From an uncultured Spirochaetota bacterium (GTDB lineage: Bacteria > Spirochaetota > Brevinematia > Brevinematales > JAOACQ01): a DNA stretch of 64,000 nucleotides. This document shows positions 9,547 to 18,964 of this stretch, piece after piece. The notes under the pieces are model-generated. The model saw nothing but the letters and a program-made list of their open reading frames with translations, had not been told where the DNA came from and made no database searches. A program made the translations under genes and the position numbers. The stretch is from the NCBI GenBank assembly GCA_963768055.1, contig CAVYGN010000002.1, positions 160,001 to 224,000 on the forward strand, given 5' to 3'. The number at the start of each line of letters is the position of its first letter. The first letter of the stretch is position 1.

Positions 9547-10004
9547 TATGTGAAACTTTCGAGGGGGCTTGAATTACTGATATTGAGCTGGTCGTCATAA
9601 GCCCACACGGCCCAATAATATGTCCCATGATAAGGCAAACCCGTGACATAATCCCCGGTTAAATTGCCATTATTTACAACCTTGAATGAGGAGTAATTCA
9701 CGGTCCCGGCGCTCCCCTTCATCCCGGTGGTCCACATCGCTATGCAATCGTTCGTGTTCTGGATCTTCTTCCCCTGCACATTGATGGAATTCGTAAAAAC
9801 AGCCGCCACTTCATAGCTTAGACCCGTCGCCGTCCAGGAAAAGTCGGGGAAATTTGTAGAGACAGTCCCGGTCGGGGCGGAAATATTTATCAGCCCCGTA
9901 CCTGTAAAAATAGGATTCTGGGGTGTTGAACCGGGGTTCGTTGGGCAGGAAGATACCGCGAGAACTGTGATAAAAGAAAAAAATATCAATATTTTATATT
10001 TCAT
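9543..10004 (-). CDS. Hypothetical lipoprotein (beta-rich, Ig/FN3-like)
   Basis: Lipobox VSSC; P.FSW and YYWAVWAYD segments typical of FN3-like domains. Confidence 0.7.
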   Translation of the reverse strand: MKYKILIFFSFITVLAVSSCPTNPGSTPQNPIFTGTGLINISAPTGTVSTNFPDFSWTATGLSYEVAAVFTNSINVQGKKIQNTNDCIAMWTTGMKGSAGTVNYSSFKVVNNGNLTGDYVTGLPYHGTYYWAVWAYDDQLNISNSSPLESFTY

Positions 10005-10031
10005 AGGTTTTAACCTCTTATTCGTTGTTTT

Positions 10032-11291
10032 TTAAAATCCTATCCTTATTCCCAGACCTATCAGAACATTATTAAGGGATACCTGGTTCGTGTACAATGA
10101 ATAATCGCCGAAAGGGTTGAACCTCTTTTCGTTAAGCGAAACCGTTCCCAGGGCATGATAGATCCCCTCTATATAAAAGGAAAAATTGTTCGCAGGCAAA
10201 AAACAGAGGCCGATTATCCCTTTCCAGTAGAAAGCTGTATTATTCAGGTTGTAGATCGAGTTATCGATATAAGTAATTCCCAGCCCCGCTCCTACGTAAG
10301 GCGTAACAAAAGTAGAATCGGGGAAAAGATAATACTTTAAAAAACAATCGGCCCTGTAGAAATTGAGGTACATACTATCCTTATAAACCGGACCGGGTGC
10401 GTTAGTGTCCTGGTAGTTGTGCCAGACCATTATGGTTCCGAGTTCAAGGCCCAGACCGAAATTGCCAAGCCTGCGCTCATAAGAAAGGCTCCAGTCGAGC
10501 TGGTAGTTATTAGTATCCCCCATGAGATCCAACATATGGCCGGAAAGGGTGAAAAAATTGTTCAGAATCCTTTCGACCTTTTTGTCAAGGCCTACATTAA
10601 GGGATGTTTTTTCACCTTCCTTTATTTCGAAATTAATGGTCTTGATCTCGTAATTTTCAAACAATAATGTAGCGGCATACTTACCGGGACTCATCTCCTT
10701 GCCTGTAATGGGAGTGTTTCCAAGATTCTTATCTCCGATCTTAACTTCTGCCCCCCGGGGTGTGGAGTCAAGATCAAGTAAACCTGTTTTTTCCCCGGAA
10801 AGCCTTATTATGATCTCGTCCGCCAGGTCGTTAAGGCGGCTGAAGAGCTTATCACCCATATCTTCGGTAATCTTTTCCGCGAGAAGGACCTCGCCGGTAT
10901 CCACGAGCACAAGCCTCGCGTTTATTTCAACCTTATTGCCCGCCGATGAAATACTGCCGAGAATGAGATGATCGGCGCTGGTGAGAATGCCGATTTTCTT
11001 TTCTCCGTTTATATCTTCATCAGCCATCCCTGAAAGCACAAGTTTTTTTTCCTCCATGATCTCCAGGAGCCGCTGCCTTTCAACGATATTGAACCTGCCG
11101 CTTTTCTGAAGGCTTGTCGTCAGCGATTCCGCCACAGTCTTCTCAAGGAAATCATAACCCTTGTTCCCGGAAATATTTTTAAAATCGGGAATCGCAATCG
11201 TCATTTTATTCGTATTAGTAACCGCGAAAGAAAAAACCGCGCAAAGAATAATCAATGCGGCCGGATAGAATAAAAAATTCCATTTCATCAT
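10032..11291 (-). CDS. CsgG/HfaB-like + PEGA domain + C-terminal outer-membrane beta-barrel protein
   Basis: IAIPDFKN, FNIVERQRL, INARLV.V.TGEV; LDSTPRGAEV....LGNTP (PEGA); PYVGAGLG and terminal GIRIGF beta-signal. Confidence 0.8.
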   Translation of the reverse strand: MMKWNFLFYPAALIILCAVFSFAVTNTNKMTIAIPDFKNISGNKGYDFLEKTVAESLTTSLQKSGRFNIVERQRLLEIMEEKKLVLSGMADEDINGEKKIGILTSADHLILGSISSAGNKVEINARLVLVDTGEVLLAEKITEDMGDKLFSRLNDLADEIIIRLSGEKTGLLDLDSTPRGAEVKIGDKNLGNTPITGKEMSPGKYAATLLFENYEIKTINFEIKEGEKTSLNVGLDKKVERILNNFFTLSGHMLDLMGDTNNYQLDWSLSYERRLGNFGLGLELGTIMVWHNYQDTNAPGPVYKDSMYLNFYRADCFLKYYLFPDSTFVTPYVGAGLGITYIDNSIYNLNNTAFYWKGIIGLCFLPANNFSFYIEGIYHALGTVSLNEKRFNPFGDYSLYTNQVSLNNVLIGLGIRIGF

Positions 11292-11382
11292 TGGAGTCTC
11301 CTTCTATTAATTGTAACATTATAAAGTCAATAATTCAATATGTACCGGAATTCTATATAAAATTTTTGAAAGGCTTCACCAT

Positions 11383-11429
11383 GTAAGGGTTTAATTCGCC
11401 GCTGCATACTGACGGGGATAAACCCTTAC
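11383..11429. repeat. REP-like inverted repeat GTAAGGGTTTA...TAAACCCTTAC
   Basis: 11-bp arms; the right arm recurs at ~27035-27050 and ~43278-43292. Confidence 0.55.
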
Positions 11430-11464
11430 GGGGACAAGTGGCCTGTCCTGGGGCCAGGCACCAG

Positions 11465-11538
11465 GGCACCATTGGGCGGATTATAAATAATTAGAATGCT
11501 AATTGTTAATAACATTGGTAGTTATTGAAACCGCCCTT
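11465..11538. mobile_element. Partial MITE (right part), homologous to 24844-24914
   Basis: Shares TTATAAA.AATTAGAATGCTAATTGTTA.TAACA and the GTTATTGAAACCGCCCT terminus. Confidence 0.65.
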
Positions 11539-11697
11539 AAAAAATAAAATACAGCATCTTGATTAATTCTATGATACTGATTATAATTTCTTCTTAAAAT
11601 CATATGTTTTTTCAAAGAAAGTATATGTAAAGAATTTGCTGGAAACAAGGAGGTGGCAGCTATATCTAATTTGAAAAAGATATAGAAGAAATTTGCT

Positions 11698-12330
11698 ATG
11701 AACGAGGTTTGGCTATTTAAAACCCACGAGGATTTGCTTGGGGAGGGTGAATCCTTTTATAATCTCTACGGAGATTATACCTACCTGCTGGAAGGGTATT
11801 ATGAAACCCTTCAAAGCCAGTTAAGCGGAGTCAATATCCATCCCACCGCTGAAGAATGCCTTGACGCTTATATAACCGCGCTTGCTATGGAAAAAGCGCA
11901 AATAAACAAGTTGCCGGTGCCGGAGTATAAAGTAGTCACTGATAAAACAAAGGTTGATATCTTTCCTGTATTGGGCTATGCAATGAACCCATTTTCAAAT
12001 AATTCCTATATAATTGATAATGCCAAATTTTACGACCATAAGATAAAATCGCTTACCCTTTCCGGAAAATATTTTGCGCTGCTGCAGAAAATCCCGCCTG
12101 AAGATTACAGGCTCGACACGATCCGCTGTATCCTGGGCAAGACTACGGTAAAGGAATATTCGGATTTCGCAATGGCGGCGTTTAAAATTTTCAAGGTTCC
12201 CAGCATGAAAATAAAAGTGATAGTCACATTGGACAATTACCTGATGAGCGCTATCGAGCCGATGGACTACGATACCCTGACAATCAATGAAAAGAAAATG
12301 CTGGAGGGGATGGGACAATGGCAAAAATAG
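11698..12330 (+). CDS. RimK-like ATP-grasp N-terminal (RLAN) domain protein
   Basis: NLYGDYTYLLEGYY...HPT resembles the RLAN motif NL..xY.Y...GYY. Confidence 0.7.
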   Translation: MNEVWLFKTHEDLLGEGESFYNLYGDYTYLLEGYYETLQSQLSGVNIHPTAEECLDAYITALAMEKAQINKLPVPEYKVVTDKTKVDIFPVLGYAMNPFSNNSYIIDNAKFYDHKIKSLTLSGKYFALLQKIPPEDYRLDTIRCILGKTTVKEYSDFAMAAFKIFKVPSMKIKVIVTLDNYLMSAIEPMDYDTLTINEKKMLEGMGQWQK

Positions 12331-13211
12331 CGATTTTTACCGAGAGAAGCACCCTCAGGATGGCCGCTGAACTCAACTCCCTGTTTAATTTCAGGGAAGT
12401 GGCGCTCGAACAGGGGCATGATCTTGATTTTATATTCAAGGACGATATCAAGTATATTAAAAATTATGACGCCATATTCATTAGGGCACTGACTGACCCT
12501 CTCAACAACAGCTACGTTGTATCAAGGATCGCTGAATTGAACAATATCAGGATCCTCGATAAATCTTCGGATATACGGATCTGTTCCGACAAAGTAAACA
12601 TGTATCTGCATCTTCAAAAAGAAAATGTTCCTCATCCTACCACGGTGTTCCTTAAAAACGATGAGGTTACAATAGAGAACGCGCGTGATTTCTTCGAATC
12701 GATGGGTATTCCGCTTGTTCTAAAAGCCCCCAATTCAAGTTTTTCAGCATATGTGGAAAAGGTTTCATCGCCTGACGAATTCGTGAAGATCGGCAAGAAA
12801 TTTTTACGCCGTTCCGATATTATTATAGTCCAGCAGTACCTCCCCAGCCGTTTCGACTGGAGGGTAGTCCTTCTTGACGGTAAAGTCATCTCGATAGTAA
12901 AGTATATTATGAACGCTAATGCGTGGAAAATCGTCGATCATGATCACGATGGAAAACTTCTCCAATGCACTGTCGAAGGGATGGAAATCGGCCAGGTAAA
13001 TCCCAGGCTTATCGATACAGCCCTAAGGGCCGGCAACTCGATCGGTAAAGGTCTTTACGGCGTTGACCTTAAAGAAGTCGATAACGAATTTTATGTTATC
13101 GAGGTCAATGACAATCCCAATATAGATCAGGGCCTTGAGGACCAGAAATCGCCAATGATTTACGAATGGATTGTCAAATACCTTGTAGGAGAGCCGTTTG
13201 AAGGGTTATGA
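12318..13211 (+). CDS. RimK-family ATP-grasp ligase
   Basis: FIRALT, CSDKV, PLVLKAPNSSFS..VEKV, QQYLP..FDWRV, GLYGVDLKE...YVIEVNDNPNID. Confidence 0.9.
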   Translation: MAKIAIFTERSTLRMAAELNSLFNFREVALEQGHDLDFIFKDDIKYIKNYDAIFIRALTDPLNNSYVVSRIAELNNIRILDKSSDIRICSDKVNMYLHLQKENVPHPTTVFLKNDEVTIENARDFFESMGIPLVLKAPNSSFSAYVEKVSSPDEFVKIGKKFLRRSDIIIVQQYLPSRFDWRVVLLDGKVISIVKYIMNANAWKIVDHDHDGKLLQCTVEGMEIGQVNPRLIDTALRAGNSIGKGLYGVDLKEVDNEFYVIEVNDNPNIDQGLEDQKSPMIYEWIVKYLVGEPFEGL

Positions 13212-13710
13212 GCCCCCGGCACAGGGGTACAATACCCCTACGCAGGGCAAGACTCTTTCTTTCAGGTCAGCCCGTTTAGATGATTTTAAGCTGGTCTCCG
13301 ATCTGGAAAAAAAGTGTTTCAACGCTTTCGATATTTTCAAACCCCACCAGGTTCGACGTTTTATAACAAACCCGGCAGGATCCATTATCACAGATGTTAT
13401 TACCCTCGATGGTAAGCCTATCGGATGGGCCTCGTATTTTACAAGGTCAAATTCAAAACTGATCAGGCTATATTCAATCTGCATCGTCCCGGAATTCGGA
13501 GGCCATGGCTACGCGCGGGAATATATGAAAATCCGTTTTACCGGCCTGGATAAGTATAAAGCTATGACCCTCGAGGTCAGGGTTTCCAATTCCAAGGCTA
13601 TCCGCCTATATGAAGGGCTGGGTTTCAAAGTATTAAAAAGGCTGCTCGGATATTACCCTGACGACGAGGACGGCATCAGGATGATTAAATACCTGGTAAC
13701 TATGACGTGA
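13198..13710 (+). CDS. GNAT (RimI-like) N-acetyltransferase
   Basis: RLYSICI.P...G.G, LEVRVSN..AI.LYE.LGF, YY.D.EDGIRM. Confidence 0.88.
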   Translation: MKGYEPPAQGYNTPTQGKTLSFRSARLDDFKLVSDLEKKCFNAFDIFKPHQVRRFITNPAGSIITDVITLDGKPIGWASYFTRSNSKLIRLYSICIVPEFGGHGYAREYMKIRFTGLDKYKAMTLEVRVSNSKAIRLYEGLGFKVLKRLLGYYPDDEDGIRMIKYLVTMT

Positions 13711-15545
13711 TCAGCGAAAACAAGGGATTCTATCTGCCGGCGGAGGTAAACCGGATTCCCGAGAACCCTGGCGTATATCTGATGAAAGACTCTAAAGGCG
13801 TTGTAATTTATGTCGGTAAAGCAAAAAATCTAAAAAAAAGGGTTTCATCATACTTTCAGAAAAAAAACGATTCCGAATACGGCGTTAAAACCAGGTTCCT
13901 TGTCGAAAACATATCCATCATAGACACTATAGCAGTTGACAACGAATCCGAGGCGCTGATCCTGGAAGCAAATTTAATTAAACAATATATGCCCAGGTAT
14001 AACGTGTCTTTCAAGGACAACAAGTTCTATCCTTTTATTTCCCTGACTATGAAAGACGATTTTCCAAGAATATTGTTTACCAGAGAGAGAAGAAAGGATG
14101 CTTCTCTTTATTTCGGACCTTACACTAACGCCAGGTCCGTCAGGGAATACATCGACCTTATACAGCGCCTTTTCAAAATCAGGACATGCGTTATAATGCC
14201 TAAGAAGGAGTGCATACTCTACCATATAAACCGGTGTACAGCCCCCTGCATCCATAAAATATCAATGGAAGAATACCGGATACATGTAAAAGAATCTATC
14301 GAGCTTCTTTCCGGAAACTCCCATACCCTGATAAAAAAACTCGAGAAGGAGATGAAGGAATCGGCACGTCTTCTTCAGTTCGAGAAAGCCCAATCTTTTA
14401 AAGAAAAAATCGATGCAATAAAAATTTTCGAGGAAAGTCAGAGTGTTTTTCTTGAATCGGGTATTAACGCCGATTTCATGGCAATGACTTCACATATGGG
14501 TAAGGCTGTTTTTGTAGTGGTTATTATTAGAAATGGAAAAATGATCGGCAAGAGAAGTTACAGCGCAACTCTGCAGTTAGAAGAGGAATTACCGGATCTT
14601 ATGTTTAATTTTTTAACAGAATATGACAAGGATTCAGACGGAAGGCAGGATTTTTATGTGATCGATGAAAAATACGGCGGTATGATTGAAACTGCAAACA
14701 GCTATTTCTCCGATAAGAACAAAAGTGAAAGGATTTATCCTGTAAGGGTTTATACTCCGGAAGATGACAGGCAAAAGGCGCTTCTTAAAATGGCCCTCGA
14801 GAACGCCGCTCTTCATATGAACCAGATACTCAGCAAGGTGGATTCGTCGGAAGGCCTGAGGCTGATCCAGGAAATTCTTGAACTTGACACCCTCCCGATG
14901 AGGATCGAGGGGTTCGATATAGCCGACATTCTAGGACTTCATGCTGTTGCTTCCCTGGTGTCGTTTTATGCCGGGAAACCCGACAAACAGAATTACAGGA
15001 TCTTTAAGATAAAAACCAAATCGACTCCGGACGATTACGCTATGATAAACGAAGCGGTTACACGAAGATATAAGAGGCTTAAAGAGGAGGACAGGGACCT
15101 TCCGGATCTCGTTCTCATTGACGGAGGTAAAGGACAGCTGAATGCCGCCCTGGAAGCCCTCGCAGGCCTGAACCTGAACCTGAATGTCGCATCGCTGGCG
15201 AAGAAAAATGAAGAAATATACACCCCATACCGGGAAAAACCTATCGTTTTAAACCGCAATTCACCCGCGCTTCATATTCTCCAGCAGGTCAGGGATGAAA
15301 CCCACAGGTTCGCCAATACATATTATAACAGGCTGAAAAACAAAAAAGATCTTGAATCCGTTTTCGACGGAATTAAAGGAATAGGTAAAAAAAGAAAACA
15401 AATTATACTGGAAAATTTTTTAAGCTATGATATAATGAAGGAACTAAGTCTGAACGAACTGATAAAAAAGGGATTGCCTCCGTCAGTAGCCCGGGATGTT
15501 TTAAAAAAAATAAGGGACATCGTTAATAACGGAGAAACAGCATGA
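13707..15545 (+). CDS. uvrC: Excinuclease ABC subunit C
   Basis: PGVYLM...IYVGKAKNL GIY-YIG domain, UVR domain, RIEGFDI, PDLVLIDGGKGQL, RDETHRFA, HhH. Confidence 0.97.
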   Translation: MISENKGFYLPAEVNRIPENPGVYLMKDSKGVVIYVGKAKNLKKRVSSYFQKKNDSEYGVKTRFLVENISIIDTIAVDNESEALILEANLIKQYMPRYNVSFKDNKFYPFISLTMKDDFPRILFTRERRKDASLYFGPYTNARSVREYIDLIQRLFKIRTCVIMPKKECILYHINRCTAPCIHKISMEEYRIHVKESIELLSGNSHTLIKKLEKEMKESARLLQFEKAQSFKEKIDAIKIFEESQSVFLESGINADFMAMTSHMGKAVFVVVIIRNGKMIGKRSYSATLQLEEELPDLMFNFLTEYDKDSDGRQDFYVIDEKYGGMIETANSYFSDKNKSERIYPVRVYTPEDDRQKALLKMALENAALHMNQILSKVDSSEGLRLIQEILELDTLPMRIEGFDIADILGLHAVASLVSFYAGKPDKQNYRIFKIKTKSTPDDYAMINEAVTRRYKRLKEEDRDLPDLVLIDGGKGQLNAALEALAGLNLNLNVASLAKKNEEIYTPYREKPIVLNRNSPALHILQQVRDETHRFANTYYNRLKNKKDLESVFDGIKGIGKKRKQIILENFLSYDIMKELSLNELIKKGLPPSVARDVLKKIRDIVNNGETA

Positions 15546-16282
15546 ATGCCTGCATATTCACTCAATCATACTGGGTCCGTAATACTTATGTCAACTCCCT
15601 GATCCCCAGAGGCATATCGATTTTTCATGTCGAACATGGCGAGGAATTGATAGATAAAATACTTGCAACGAAATCTGAAATAGCAATCCTTGACGTCATT
15701 CAGGAAGACTATGACTCTGCTTTTTCAATAATTACGCGAATCAAGTCTCATGAGTCAGATATAGTTAAAAGCACCTCCATCATTCTTATCATCGGGGCCG
15801 TCGATAAGATCCATGTTACAAACGCTATCCAATTAGGTGTAAAAGGCTTCCTGAAAAGCAACGCCGCCGAAGAATTTATTGGAAACTATGTAATTGACAT
15901 ATGCCAAAAAGAAAAAGGAGCTCCCGCGGAAAGGAAATTCGTGCGGGTTTCCTTCGATACCTCCAACTCTAACGAAAGGATAGGAATAAAATTCCGCTCA
16001 CCCGTCAACTCACAATTGATAATGGGCCTGATAAAAGATATCAGTTACGGAGGGATCGCTGTCGACCTTGTAGGCACTTTTCCACCCGAATCCCTGGCGG
16101 CCGGCATGTCCGTACAAAATATGCAGTTTATCCTGGACGGCAAAGACATATTCGTTGACGGAGTGGTCGCAGCCTATCAAAAAATGTTCTGCGCATTCCG
16201 CTTTATCAATATGTCGGAGACTGTAAGCGAGATAATAAGCCATTATGTTTTCCAGAGAATCTCCACATTGAGCGGCGTTTAA
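15542..16282 (+). CDS. Receiver-like domain + PilZ (c-di-GMP-binding) protein
   Basis: RKFVR (RxxxR) and DISYGG (DxSxxG) PilZ motifs; N-terminal REC-like beta/alpha pattern lacking the acidic pocket. Confidence 0.75.
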   Translation: MNACIFTQSYWVRNTYVNSLIPRGISIFHVEHGEELIDKILATKSEIAILDVIQEDYDSAFSIITRIKSHESDIVKSTSIILIIGAVDKIHVTNAIQLGVKGFLKSNAAEEFIGNYVIDICQKEKGAPAERKFVRVSFDTSNSNERIGIKFRSPVNSQLIMGLIKDISYGGIAVDLVGTFPPESLAAGMSVQNMQFILDGKDIFVDGVVAAYQKMFCAFRFINMSETVSEIISHYVFQRISTLSGV

Positions 16283-17157
16283 TGGCAAGAAAAACAATCC
16301 CCTTCCCTTTCAGGATAGACACTCTCCCTGAGGCTTTAATCAGGAACACCGTTATAGCGGCCCTTGAGGAAGACCTCGGAAAGCCTGGCGATATAACAAG
16401 CATGTCCACTCTTTCCGATATAAAAGGAAACTCTAACTCCATGGTTATCTCTAAAGATGACGGCGTTATCTGCGGAATCGATATCTTCAAGTCCGTTTTC
16501 ATGGAAGTTGATCCGTCGCTCGTTATCAAAGAGAAGAAAAAAGACGGGGACAAAGTAAAAAATGGCGAAACCGTAATTGAAATATCCGGAAAATCCGCAT
16601 CAATTACCTCGGGGGAGCGGACAGCCCTCAATTTTCTGGGGCTTCTATCGGGAATTTCCACGAACGTTCACAGTCTTGTCAGCCTTATAAAGGGCTGCAC
16701 GTCAAAATTGATTGATACCAGGAAAACCCTCCCGAATTTAAGGCTGTTTCAAAAATACGCTGTTGCTAAAGGCGGCGGTTTTAACCACAGGATGGGTCTT
16801 TTCGACATGATCCTTATAAAGGATAACCATATAGCCGCCGCCGGTGGGGTTCAAAAAGCGGTCCGGAAAGCCAGGAAAGCATTCCCGGGAATAATAATTG
16901 AAGTGGAAGTTCGTAATATCGATGAAGCCGGGGAAGCTCTCGGGACCGACGCCGACATAATAATGCTCGATAATATGGACAGCGGAAACGTTAAAATCGC
17001 ACTCGACCTCCTGAAAAGCGAAAAGTATGTCGAAGCATCCGGGAACATCGATGAATCGAAGCTCGTTGAATTGGCGCAGCTCGGCGTCGATTTTATTTCC
17101 ATGGGATCTCTAACGCACACGATCCGCCCGCTTGACTTGAGCCTGTTGATAAAATAA
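16282..17157 (+). CDS. nadC: Nicotinate-nucleotide pyrophosphorylase (quinolinate phosphoribosyltransferase)
   Basis: ERTALNFL..LSGI, DTRKTLP, NHRMGLFD..LIKDNH, IMLDN, EASGNI. Confidence 0.97.
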   Translation: MARKTIPFPFRIDTLPEALIRNTVIAALEEDLGKPGDITSMSTLSDIKGNSNSMVISKDDGVICGIDIFKSVFMEVDPSLVIKEKKKDGDKVKNGETVIEISGKSASITSGERTALNFLGLLSGISTNVHSLVSLIKGCTSKLIDTRKTLPNLRLFQKYAVAKGGGFNHRMGLFDMILIKDNHIAAAGGVQKAVRKARKAFPGIIIEVEVRNIDEAGEALGTDADIIMLDNMDSGNVKIALDLLKSEKYVEASGNIDESKLVELAQLGVDFISMGSLTHTIRPLDLSLLIK

Positions 17158-17167
17158 CCTTGACAGA

Positions 17168-17214
17168 TTGGAATCACAGATTAAGTCCTGGAAGGGTCCA
17201 CTGATGGCGCAGAT
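17168..17214 (+). repeat. Left CACAGAT-type terminal repeat (cassette A)
   Basis: TTGGAATCACAGATT...CCACTGATGGCGCAGATT; inverted partner at 18431-18454. Confidence 0.6.
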
Positions 17215-17323
17215 TTAACTGCCGGGGCCGAAAACAGGTTGCAAAAGATACTTATCAGTTGGAATAATTTTCCAGGAAAAGATCAATAACAGAGAATAAT
17301 CAAAGGAAGGAGGTTCAGTTATT

Positions 17324-18316
17324 ATGAAACATCTCTTCTCATTGATGATTATCTGGATTTTCATGTTAACATTTAATTTTGTTTTTTGTGAAACTATTTT
17401 CGATGCTGCAAAAGACGGCGACTCTGAATTTATTTCAGAATATGTTAAGAACGGCGGGAATATTAATATTTTCCATGTGAACGAGTACGGCCTGAAGGAT
17501 AAAACTCCTTTAATGTTTGCCGCTGAAGCCGGAAATGAAAAAAGCATAAATCTCCTTTTAAGTAAAGGTGCGGATGTTAATGCACATACGCCTTATCCTA
17601 TATTAAAAAAAACATCATATTATATAGCTGCTCTGAATTATGCAGCAATCTCAGGAAAAGATGATTGTCTCAGAATTCTTATCAAATCAGGAACTGACTT
17701 AAAAATGTTTGGTGAATTGGCGATGAGAGAAGCGGCTGCCAATAAACATGCAGACAGTGTCCGGATTTTGAAAGAAGCGGGAGCTATATTTTCAGATACA
17801 AATACTATTTTAATAATAGGAGAATATGATTCTGAGAGCCTTCAAATATTAATGAATAATGGATTTAACTGCACGAATAGCAGTGGTATATTAATTTATG
17901 CCGCCGGCAGGAGCGATATCGAATTAATAAAGGTTCTGATAAAAGGAGGAGTGGATTTAAAAAAATTCGAAGCAGATGCTTTATGTGCTGCCGTAGATAA
18001 TATGCCTTTCCGCGGTGGATTAACCGATATTGGTTCAATGTCAGTGGGAACAAATAAAAACGGCCAGTTTGTAACCAATAGTGTTAAAATGCATGTAGCA
18101 GATCCTTTAATCAATGATCGCCGGTCAGATCCGGAATGGGATGCTACGGTAACAATGAAAGATAATACTAACGCCGAGTGCCTGCGGATTCTTATAGAAG
18201 CCGGGGCGGATGTCAATTCTAAACGGAAAGATGGAAAAACCCCTTTAAAGATAGCCAGATCCTGGGGTTTTCAACATTGCGCAACTCTTCTCATGAATGC
18301 CGGAGCGACAAACTGA
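17324..18316 (+). CDS. Secreted ankyrin-repeat protein
   Basis: AGGAGG RBS, signal peptide, ETIFDAA..GD cap, KTPLMFAA, GADVN, GKTPL. Confidence 0.88.
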   Translation: MKHLFSLMIIWIFMLTFNFVFCETIFDAAKDGDSEFISEYVKNGGNINIFHVNEYGLKDKTPLMFAAEAGNEKSINLLLSKGADVNAHTPYPILKKTSYYIAALNYAAISGKDDCLRILIKSGTDLKMFGELAMREAAANKHADSVRILKEAGAIFSDTNTILIIGEYDSESLQILMNNGFNCTNSSGILIYAAGRSDIELIKVLIKGGVDLKKFEADALCAAVDNMPFRGGLTDIGSMSVGTNKNGQFVTNSVKMHVADPLINDRRSDPEWDATVTMKDNTNAECLRILIEAGADVNSKRKDGKTPLKIARSWGFQHCATLLMNAGATN

Positions 18317-18430
18317 ACGCTACCTTTATCTCTTTTTATTCTTGCGGTTTTTGTAATAAAGAAAACTTTTCATATAACTCTTATGGATTTTATAGATAAT
18401 ACTCTTCATTTGGAAAATAATAATCATAGT

Positions 18431-18454
18431 AATCTGTGAAATCAGTGGTTTCAA
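18431..18454 (-). repeat. Right CACAGAT-type terminal repeat (cassette A)
   Basis: AATCTGTGAAATCAGTGGTTTCAA, near-identical to 38236-38259. Confidence 0.65.
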
Positions 18455-18478
18455 TCAATTGTTCGGAAATGATTTAAT

Positions 18479-18505
18479 TAAAGTTTTAAAGCAAGGTTCC
18501 GATAA
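18479..18505 (+). promoter_or_regulatory. Candidate sigma28 (FliA) promoter
   Basis: TAAA-N15-TCCGATAA versus consensus TAAA-N15-GCCGATAA. Confidence 0.5.
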
Positions 18506-18549
18506 TAGATGTAGGGAAGCTCCGCCCTTATTTTTTAGCCTGAAAACCC

Positions 18550-18578
18550 TTGATTTTTATTGAAAAATAAGCTATATT
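18550..18578 (+). promoter_or_regulatory. sigma70-type promoter for ssrA
   Basis: TTGATT-17-TATATT, ending 10 nt before the mature 5' end. Confidence 0.55.
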
Positions 18579-18588
18579 TTGTTTGAAA

Positions 18589-18936
18589 GGGGGCGTATGG
18601 CTTTCGACTGAGACGGCGGGATTTATAGACTTCAGGCAGGGCTTGAGTAACCCTTTAAACTGCTCAGAAAATATAAACGCAAAAGACGATTATTCGTTTG
18701 CGATGGCGGCGTAAGCCGCCCCCTGTTAGCTTTTCTCTCCTTCGGGATTGCTGACAGGTCAGAATAGAGGGATAAGCTCCGCAGGGCCGGGATGCGGAGC
18801 CGAAACAATCCCGGCTTTGAAATAAACGGTTCTCGTTCCTTCTCCGTTTATTTTGAAAAAAAAGAGGGTTCTAAGCTTGTGAATAAAGTTTATTTATTCC
18901 GGTTTCAGGACGTGGGTTCGATTCCCACCGCCTCCA
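18589..18936 (+). ncRNA. ssrA: tmRNA; tag peptide (A)AKDDYSFAMAA* at 18679-18714; 3' CCA not encoded
   Basis: 5' GGGGGCG pairs with CGCCTCC-A; TTCGAC near the 5' end; T-arm GTGGGTTCGATTCCCAC; ATAAAC-GCA resume context; tag ends in AA. Confidence 0.97.
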
Positions 18937-18964
18937 GTTTTATACTCCTTGAATGGAGGATTTT

